Below, piece after piece: positions 57,053-64,000 of a DNA stretch of 64,000 bases. The notes under the pieces are model-generated. The model was not told the DNA's origin and ran no database searches. It saw only the letters and a program-made list of their open reading frames with translations. Origin of the DNA: Candidatus Marinacidobacterales bacterium (GTDB lineage Bacteria > Acidobacteriota > Vicinamibacteria > Marinacidobacterales > DATDRI01); the NCBI GenBank assembly GCA_965226495.1, contig OZ245365.1:2144001-2208000 (forward strand), read 5' to 3'. Numbering within the stretch: position 1 is the first letter of the stretch; each line of letters opens with the position of its first letter. The position numbers and the translations under genes were made by a program.

Positions 57053-58257
57053 ATGAGAAGCGGTCGGCGTTTTGGATGCGTTGCCGCATTGGCGTCTTGC
57101 AGCCTCGCATCTGCCGTCCAAGACCCTCCGACGGATCGCATTCTCGAGATCGACGTCATACCCGCCGCGGATGGTGATTTCGCCCGGGCGTTCGACGTTG
57201 CACAAGAAGCGGGAATGCAAGCCGTCTCCATGTCAGTGGACTGGAATACGATCGACATCGGCACGGACGACACGACAGACCCGCCGACTCCGATCTATGC
57301 GCCGGATCCGGATACGGATTTTCTTGCGATCGCGAACGCTTGCTATCCGAACACCAACACGATGGTGAGCCTCACCTTGCGTCCAATTACCACGCTCACG
57401 CGAGAAGCGCCGCCCGGCTTCGAGGACATGTCGTTTGACGATCCACGAATGATCGATCGCTTTTCGCGGTTCCTCGACGAAGTGTTTCGACGGATTCCCG
57501 ACTCGGAGCTGACGTCACTTGTCATTGGGTCGGAAGTCGACCTGTACCTGGTCACCGCCAACCGGCGCGCCGAGTATTTGAGCTTCTACTCCGCGGTGAG
57601 CGCGCATGCTCGAAGTGCCTACGCGCAAGCCTACCCCAGCCGCGGGCCCCTCAAGATTGCCGTCGAAGCCACATTCGAAGCTCTGACGTCTCCCGAGACC
57701 GAGGCTTACTACCAGCAGCTCAACACGTTCAGCGATGTCATCGGTGTCTCGTACTATCCTCTGACGGATGGGGTCGTCCGTTCTCCCGACACGGTCGGGG
57801 AGGACTTTGCGCGTCTGGTGGCGGCGTACGCCCAAGCTCCGGTCTTCTTTTATCAGCTCGGTTATCCGTCCGGGTACTACAGCGGCAACGCCTACCCCGA
57901 GCTCGAAGCGGGAGACGTGAAGCGCTCGCTGAAAAGCTCCAGCATCAAGCAGGCGCGTTTCATCACCGAAGTGTTCCGGGATGGGACGAGCACGGATCGA
58001 TCCACTTGATCGATTTCACCTGGCTCACCGATCTGTCGCGCGAGAACGTTTTCGAGACCACTAGCAATCCCTCGTTTGGCGGAACGGGCGACCCGAGCCC
58101 TGATTTCGTTGAATTTCTCCGCACGCTCGGTCTTCGAACCGATGTCGGTCCCGGTGACGGGCTAACGGGAGTGGACAAGCCCGCGTTCCTCAGGTTGTTA
58201 TCTGAAGCTGCTGCAAGGGGCTGGGTCGACTCCGGGTTGAGATTCCACTGCCAGTAG
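57053..58257 (+). pseudogene. Exported TIM-barrel glycoside-hydrolase-like protein with a frameshift near 57980
   Basis: Signal peptide; IGSEVD, DVIGVSYYP, PVFFYQLGYPS, QARF..EVFR; continues in the next frame as WDEHGSIHLIDFTWLTD...FLRTLGLR. Confidence 0.65.
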
Positions 58258-58296
58258 CCGGCTGCCCCTGGACCGAGCGCTAGAAACACCCTCTCC

Positions 58297-60183
58297 ATGA
58301 CGCTTCTCGCCTTCAACGGTTTATCTTTTGACATCGGCGACCTGTCGATCCTCCGTGGCGCCGCTCTGGCGCTCGACGCCGGCGAGCGTGTCGCCCTCAT
58401 CGGCCGCAACGGTGCGGGCAAAACGACGCTCCTTCGACTTCTCGCTTCAGAATTGAAACCAGACGCGGGAGACATCCGGCGCAAGCGCGACTTGCGGGTG
58501 AGCCGCCTCGACCAAACACTACCCGAATCCGGCGGGGACGAAACCGTCTCGGAGTACGTCGCGGCCGGGCTCGCGAAGGTCCAATCGATTGTCGATCGCT
58601 ACCAGGCCCGGGCCGGGAATGCGACCGACGCCGCCTCGATGAAAGGGCTCGACGAACTCCACCATCGCATCGACGCCGAGGATGGATGGAACCTATCGGG
58701 CCGCGTCGAGAGTCTGCTCGCGGAAATGGGTCTTCCCGCCGAACAACGCATGCGCGAGCTTTCCGGTGGTTGGCGCCGTCGGGCGGCACTCGCGCGGGCT
58801 CTCGTCTCGCGCCCGGAGCTTCTGATGCTCGACGAGCCGACGAACCATCTAGACGTGACGACGATCGAATGGATGGAAGAGCGTCTGCGGGGCTTCCCGG
58901 GCGCCCTTCTCTTCGTGACCCATGACCGGGCGTTTCTCGAGCGGTTGGCCACGCGTATCGTCGAGTTGGATCGGGCGGTGCTCACGAGCTGGCCGGGCGA
59001 CTACGGAAACTTCCTACGGCGAAAGGAGGAGGTGCTCGCGGTGGAGTCTCGGACGGACGCTTTGTTCGACAAACGCCTCGAGGAGGAAGAAGCCTGGATC
59101 CGGCAAGGTATCAAGGCGCGCCGTACCCGGAACGAGGGACGGGTGCGTGCGCTCGAGGCGATGCGCGAAGCCTATGCCGCTCGGGTCGGTCCCCAGGGCA
59201 AGGCGCGTATCAGCATAGAACGGGCGAAAGCCTCGGGCCGTCGCGTCATCGAGCTCGAAGGTGTTGGTCACGGGTTCGAGGCGGAGTCGCTCTTCGAAGA
59301 CGTCTCTCTCATGATCCTGCGCGGCGACCGTCTCGGGCTCGTCGGCAACAACGGTGTGGGCAAGACCACGCTTTTACGCATCCTGCTGGGTGAGCTCGAG
59401 CCGCGGGCGGGGACGGTGACGATCGGCGTCAATCTCGAGATTGCTTACTTCGATCAGCTACGACGTGACTTCGATCCGACGAAGAGCGTGGTGGACGTTG
59501 TTGCCGAGGGGAATGAGTTCGTCACCATCAATGGGAAGGACCGTCATGTCATCGGCTATCTCAAGGGGTTTCTCTTCAGCCCCGAGCGGGCGGTCACCAA
59601 GCTCGCCGCACTCTCGGGTGGCGAGCGCAACCGGGTCATTCTCGCGCGCCTCTTCGCCCGCCCGTCGAACCTCCTGGTGCTAGACGAGCCCACCAACGAT
59701 CTCGACCTCGAGACGCTCCAAGTTCTCGAAGAACAGCTGATGGACTACACCGGCACGTTGATCGTGGTCAGCCACGACCGCGCGTTTCTCGACAATGTCG
59801 TCACTGGCACGCTGGTCTTCGAAGAGGGTGGCGCTGTCGACCGATATGTTGGGGGTTACAGTGACTGGCTGCGTCACGGAAAAAGGCTGGCCGTCAAGGA
59901 AGGCACCCGTCGTGTCCCCGGCTCCAAGCCGTCGTCCGAAGCGGCGGAGAAACCGCAGCGCGCCAAGAAGAAGCGGAGCTACAAGCGACAGCTCGAGCTC
60001 GACGCGCTTCCGTCACGCATCAAAGAGCTGGAAGACGAGCTCGCGGAGCTCGAAACGCGTGCCGCGGCGCCGGATTTCTATTCTCAGCCGTTCGAGAAAG
60101 TCGAGCCGGTGCTGAACGAAATCGCCGCGACCAAACAAACGCTCGAAAAAGTACTGGAGCGATGGCTCGAGCTGGAAGGGTAG
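58297..60183 (+). CDS. uup: ABC-F family ATPase Uup
   Basis: Two NBDs (GRNGAGKTT, LSGGW; GNNGVGKTT, LSGGE), linker WIRQGIKARRTRNEGRVRAL, C-terminal coiled coil ending RWLELE. Confidence 0.93.
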   Translation: MTLLAFNGLSFDIGDLSILRGAALALDAGERVALIGRNGAGKTTLLRLLASELKPDAGDIRRKRDLRVSRLDQTLPESGGDETVSEYVAAGLAKVQSIVDRYQARAGNATDAASMKGLDELHHRIDAEDGWNLSGRVESLLAEMGLPAEQRMRELSGGWRRRAALARALVSRPELLMLDEPTNHLDVTTIEWMEERLRGFPGALLFVTHDRAFLERLATRIVELDRAVLTSWPGDYGNFLRRKEEVLAVESRTDALFDKRLEEEEAWIRQGIKARRTRNEGRVRALEAMREAYAARVGPQGKARISIERAKASGRRVIELEGVGHGFEAESLFEDVSLMILRGDRLGLVGNNGVGKTTLLRILLGELEPRAGTVTIGVNLEIAYFDQLRRDFDPTKSVVDVVAEGNEFVTINGKDRHVIGYLKGFLFSPERAVTKLAALSGGERNRVILARLFARPSNLLVLDEPTNDLDLETLQVLEEQLMDYTGTLIVVSHDRAFLDNVVTGTLVFEEGGAVDRYVGGYSDWLRHGKRLAVKEGTRRVPGSKPSSEAAEKPQRAKKKRSYKRQLELDALPSRIKELEDELAELETRAAAPDFYSQPFEKVEPVLNEIAATKQTLEKVLERWLELEG

Positions 60184-60286
60184 CGGGTGGACGACACGTC
60201 CCGACGGCGTCGTCGGTGAAGCGTTCTGGTCGCTCGCAGCCAAGGGACTCCATCGATTGGCGCGCTAATGATGCGCTTGCCGGTCG

Positions 60287-61267
60287 CTACGCGAAATTCA
60301 GGGCAACCAGCAGCGTCACAGGCACGATAGCCGCCCAGAGCAGGAGCGCGTGCCACACCACTCGGCCTTGGAGACTCTTCACGGTCTCGCGGGTGAATTC
60401 CATACCGATGAGGAATAGGGCCGCCACGATCAGCGCCTTGGAGGCATATTGCGTTACGTCGAAAACGATCTGAGGCACCGCCAGATGAGCCCGCGCCAGC
60501 GAGCCGACTATCGAAGCCAGGATGAACAGGCCGATGAAACCAGGTATCCGTATTTTGGTCTGCTCGGCCCGAGTCGGGAAGCTGAAGACCAGAGCGAGCG
60601 GGATCAGCCACAGGGTTCGGCCTAGCTTCAGGGTGGTGGCAACCTCGGCCGCTTTAGCCCCGTACACCGCGGCCGTAGCCACGACCGAGCTGGTGTCGTG
60701 AACCGCCAGCGCGGACCAGACACCGAATTGCGCCTGAGTCATGTCCAGCCAGTGACCCACCATGGGGAAGGTAACGAGCGCGACCATGTTAAGCGTGAAG
60801 ACGATGGCAAGCGCCACCGCCAGCTGATCGGCGCGAGCCTTCAGAATAGGGCTGAGCGTCGCAATGGCAGTGGCCCCGCAGATCGCGCTCCCCGCGGAAA
60901 TCAAGCGGGTAAGAATCCCGTTCACGCCAATCAGGCGCCCTAGCAGCATGCCCGCTCCCAGTGTGAAAAGAACATAGAGCGCGATGAGGCCCGCGTAATC
61001 CCTGCTCACTTCCCACATGTTTTGGGCATCCAGGTTGAACCCCAACAATACGATGGCGGCTTGGAGCGTGAACTGGCCGTAGCTACTCGCGTTCTCCGTC
61101 AGGGGTCGATCGAGGGCCAGGGAGAGTCCGGCGCCGGCGATGATGGCGAGCAGCGGGTTACCCCAGAGAATCAGGGGCACCAACGCCACCGGGACGAGCC
61201 CCAGCGTCCAATCCGTTGACGCGGGACGGATTGTGGCTACTGCCGCGTCGTCCTCCCGTTCTGGCAT
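60287..61267 (-). CDS. YeiH/putative sulfate exporter family membrane protein
   Basis: IVLLGF.L, GSAICGATAI, FGVW..LAVHDTSSVVA, ATTLKLGRTLWLIP. Confidence 0.88.
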   Translation of the reverse strand: MPEREDDAAVATIRPASTDWTLGLVPVALVPLILWGNPLLAIIAGAGLSLALDRPLTENASSYGQFTLQAAIVLLGFNLDAQNMWEVSRDYAGLIALYVLFTLGAGMLLGRLIGVNGILTRLISAGSAICGATAIATLSPILKARADQLAVALAIVFTLNMVALVTFPMVGHWLDMTQAQFGVWSALAVHDTSSVVATAAVYGAKAAEVATTLKLGRTLWLIPLALVFSFPTRAEQTKIRIPGFIGLFILASIVGSLARAHLAVPQIVFDVTQYASKALIVAALFLIGMEFTRETVKSLQGRVVWHALLLWAAIVPVTLLVALNFA

Positions 61268-61303
61268 AACTAGAAAGTATATGCTTGTAACTAAATCCAG
61301 CGA

Positions 61304-62959
61304 TCAACTCTCTGCCAGAAGACGCTCTACCACACCCGCGAGAGCGGCGAAGCTTTCGTCAGTGAAGCCCTCTACGCGGTAGCGCAACCGTCCGTTGCGG
61401 TCGATGACAACGCTCGTCGGATAGGTCAGAACCTCGTACTCATCGGCAAGTCCGTCGTCGATGAGTGCGGGATAACTCATGCCGATCTCTTCGACGAAGG
61501 CGGGAAGGTCCTTGGGCTCATCCCCGTAGTCGGCACCGAGCACGACGAGGCCCGCACGTCGCCATTTCCGATCGAGCTCGACGAGCCGAGGAATTTCGTC
61601 GCGACAACGCGTACACCAGATACCCCAAAAGTTCAGGAGCACAACTTTCCCCAACAAGTCCTCGAGCCGATAGTCATAGCCGTCGATTCCCACTGCCGCG
61701 AAACTCCGGGCGGGCTCGTCGAGAAGAGCAACCTCGCTGGTGACTCTGGCGATGCGCACTTGGGAAGGACCGCTGCGCTCGTAAGAATCCGTCCACGAGA
61801 TGAAGATCTCGTCACCGAAGCGGGCGATACGAGGGAATCCACTTGCCCGTCCCGAGCCCGTCTTGGCGACGCCGAGTGACGTTCCTACGTCTCCCGATGA
61901 CGAAACCTTCTTGATGCGAACTTCCCCGTCACGCCCTTCGAGCCTCTCTACCCACGACACAAAGACGTCGTCCCCGAGAGACTCGCCCCACTCGATGTCG
62001 ACGCGCCCGATGGCGTTGCCGTCGTCGACGCGCACCGGCTCGCCGAAGCTCGCGCCACTGTCGTCCGAGAACATAACGTACACACGAGGGGTGTCGCCCG
62101 AAGCCGTGAACCAAGCGACCGCGACACGGTTGCCCTCGGCAGCGACTCGGGGGCCGTTGACGGGACAGCCCGGAAGGTACCATCCGTCCTCGTTCAAGGT
62201 CGCCGGCTTGGTCCAAGTGCCATCGACGTAGCGTACGTAGCTTATGTCGCGAATCTCTTCGCCGGAGCGGTCCCGATAAGCAACGAACAAACCGCTGTCG
62301 GTTCGAGCCATGCCGGTCTGGCAGCACTCGCATACCCGGCCATCGAGGAGAACGTCCCCGCCGAAACCTTCGTCGTAGATGGTGAACCTGAGGGTCATCT
62401 CGTTGTCGCCCGCACCTTTTTTGACCTCGCGGCCGTCGAGCCACACGGCGGCGAAGCTGCTTTCGCCCTGCGCCACCATTGAGACGAAGCCGTGCTCGCT
62501 GAGCGTGCCATCCCGGTGGGGCCGCTCCGGTTTACTCCAACTTTTACCGTCGTCGTCCGAGATGGCCATCCACACGTCGTACTCGTAGGTACCGTTTCCC
62601 GCTTTCTCCAGCCAATGCGCTGCGAGACGGCCGTTACCCCAAGGCAACACCGACGCAAAGTCGGCCCAGTTGGCGAAGAAGCGGTCCGAGGCGTGGATCG
62701 ACTGGGCTTTGTCGAACGCGGTTCCGTTCCATCGGGAGACGCGCAGCTCGTGCCCGTCCTCGGTCCGCTCGAGCCAGCTCAGATAGAGCGCATCTCCGGA
62801 GCTTGCGAGGTGGGGTGTCAAGCTCGCCTGTGGCGCCGGCGTTTCGATCATGGCCACGCGCATCCGATCCGCCGCGAACGAGGGCGCGGTTGCCGCGAGG
62901 CTTATGGCCAAACCCATCCATAAATGATGGGCGCTCCTCGTGACCATCGGCCTACTCAC
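61304..62959 (-). CDS. BNR/sialidase-like beta-propeller fused to a TlpA-family thioredoxin
   Basis: GTG at 62959 with AGGAGG; signal peptide; Asp-boxes SDDDGKSW and SDDSGASF; NWADF, EHGFVS, CECC, GCPVNGP; C-terminal GKVVLLNFWGIWCTRC...YPTSVVIDRNG. Confidence 0.85.
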   Translation of the reverse strand: MSRPMVTRSAHHLWMGLAISLAATAPSFAADRMRVAMIETPAPQASLTPHLASSGDALYLSWLERTEDGHELRVSRWNGTAFDKAQSIHASDRFFANWADFASVLPWGNGRLAAHWLEKAGNGTYEYDVWMAISDDDGKSWSKPERPHRDGTLSEHGFVSMVAQGESSFAAVWLDGREVKKGAGDNEMTLRFTIYDEGFGGDVLLDGRVCECCQTGMARTDSGLFVAYRDRSGEEIRDISYVRYVDGTWTKPATLNEDGWYLPGCPVNGPRVAAEGNRVAVAWFTASGDTPRVYVMFSDDSGASFGEPVRVDDGNAIGRVDIEWGESLGDDVFVSWVERLEGRDGEVRIKKVSSSGDVGTSLGVAKTGSGRASGFPRIARFGDEIFISWTDSYERSGPSQVRIARVTSEVALLDEPARSFAAVGIDGYDYRLEDLLGKVVLLNFWGIWCTRCRDEIPRLVELDRKWRRAGLVVLGADYGDEPKDLPAFVEEIGMSYPALIDDGLADEYEVLTYPTSVVIDRNGRLRYRVEGFTDESFAALAGVVERLLAES

Positions 62960-63127
62960 GCTGCACCTCCTGTCTCTCGTCGACGCGACGCGCGCCGTGT
63001 TCACGGACACGATGGCTCATTTCTATTTCGCCGGAATTTCCGGGAGTATCAAGCGGGCCGTCCTCTGGCAAAAATACACGAGGATGCAACCGAAGTCTAG
63101 GTAGAGCCAGGCGAAGGCTACACCACG

Positions 63128-63266
63128 CCTGATCCGATAGAGACGGAAAACATTAGTGTCTCCTCCCGAAAACTTCTCGCGCCATTCGACGAAAATCGAG
63201 AGCAACGTCTGCTCCTGGCACCACAACATACGGGAGTGGTTGGGGGAGGCTTTCTATCTGCGGTAG
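63128..63266 (+). pseudogene. Decayed copy of the 3' end of the spermidine-synthase-like gene
   Basis: Reads PDPIETENIS...LAPFDENREQRLL | WHHNIREWLGEAFYLR* vs PNAGETDDLS...LEPFDEERGQRLL...WHHNVREWLGEASYLP* (about 55473-55703); last 51 nt are 45/51 identical; 77-nt internal deletion. Confidence 0.8.
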
Positions 63267-63275
63267 AGATTCTGC

Positions 63276-64000
63276 TCAACGCCCCAGGACGTTCAACAAT
63301 TTGTCGGGGTGGTTGGTAAGGATACCGTCGACTCCAAGCTCGACGAACCGTTTCATTTCATCCACTTCGTTCACCGTCCAAACGTAGACACGAATGTTCC
63401 GACCTCGGGATTGGCGAAGGAATTGCGGCGCCACGATCTCGAGGTCTCCGAGACGCGGCGGCACTTCGAAGGCCTTCGCTGCGCCCCGATAGAGATTTCC
63501 TAGGTGGAGTTTGTGGGTCCACATGAACATCCGAATTTCCGTTGCCGTGGCGGAGGTCGCGACTTCCGGGCATTCGGCGCGAAAGTCTCTCATCGTCGAA
63601 GGATCGAAAGACGCCACCAACACCCTTTGCTCCATCCCGTAGGCTTGGATCATTTGGCAGAGCGGAGCGGACAGATGTGGGTTGGATTGTTTGATCTCGA
63701 CGTTCAGCTTCATGTGCGGAAACCTTTGGAAAACCTCTTCCAAGGTTGGAACGCGGAAGCTTTTTCCTCGGAAGGGGTAGCTTGCTCCTCCGTCCTTCGT
63801 CCAGTGGTAGCCTGCGTCGAGCGCCTGAATTTCCGAGAGTGGTTGTTCGCGGATGGCGCCAGTCCCGTTGGTGGTTCGGTCGAGCGACGCGTCGTGGCAA
63901 ACAACTAAGACGTCATCGGCAGTACTGTGGACGTCCATTTCGAGAACATCGACACCCAGAGCCGTCGCCCCTTGGAAAGCACGGAGCGTGTTCTCGGGCC
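63276..64000 (-). CDS. Glycerophosphodiester phosphodiesterase; 5' end outside the window
   Basis: PENTLRAF...GVDVLEMDVH...CHD..LDRTT, VPTLEEV, NVEIK, WTVN, GVDGILTNHP. Confidence 0.93.
   Translation of the reverse strand, partial: PENTLRAFQGATALGVDVLEMDVHSTADDVLVVCHDASLDRTTNGTGAIREQPLSEIQALDAGYHWTKDGGASYPFRGKSFRVPTLEEVFQRFPHMKLNVEIKQSNPHLSAPLCQMIQAYGMEQRVLVASFDPSTMRDFRAECPEVATSATATEIRMFMWTHKLHLGNLYRGAAKAFEVPPRLGDLEIVAPQFLRQSRGRNIRVYVWTVNEVDEMKRFVELGVDGILTNHPDKLLNVLGR

Overview
A GC-rich (about 60% by eye) bacterial chromosomal segment; the gene set and the styles of intergenic palindromes suggest Acidobacteriota (inference). Most of it is housekeeping: hrcA-grpE-dnaK-dnaJ-prmA-rsmE with a perfect CIRCE operator, pilT-recX-alaS, ilvE, ald, tRNA-Gly(CCC), sugar-nucleotide genes, pgsA, bamD, rsmB-PASTA-rpe, a Lon-family protease and uup. 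No integrase, transposase, rRNA or CRISPR array was seen. The most unusual locus is 11.1-15.3 kb. Two tandem, non-MreB actin-fold ATPase paralogs (volactin/Mad28-like from recalled motifs) sit behind a near-consensus sigma70 promoter. They are separated by a ~480-bp spacer of repeated, covarying hairpins and followed by a membrane-anchored peptidoglycan amidase: a candidate two-subunit cytoskeletal/cell-wall system. Other oddities include a collagen-like (PGE)n microsatellite inside a thioesterase, a Cys-rich beta-propeller fused to a TlpA redoxin, and a DUF4388-receiver-GAF protein paired with a PilZ protein. There is also an NBD-permease ABC-2 fusion, two disrupted genes, probable CTG starts, and a decayed copy of the spermidine-synthase 3' end bracketing a ~7.4-kb accessory block. 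Family assignments come from motifs recognised by eye; no searches were run.
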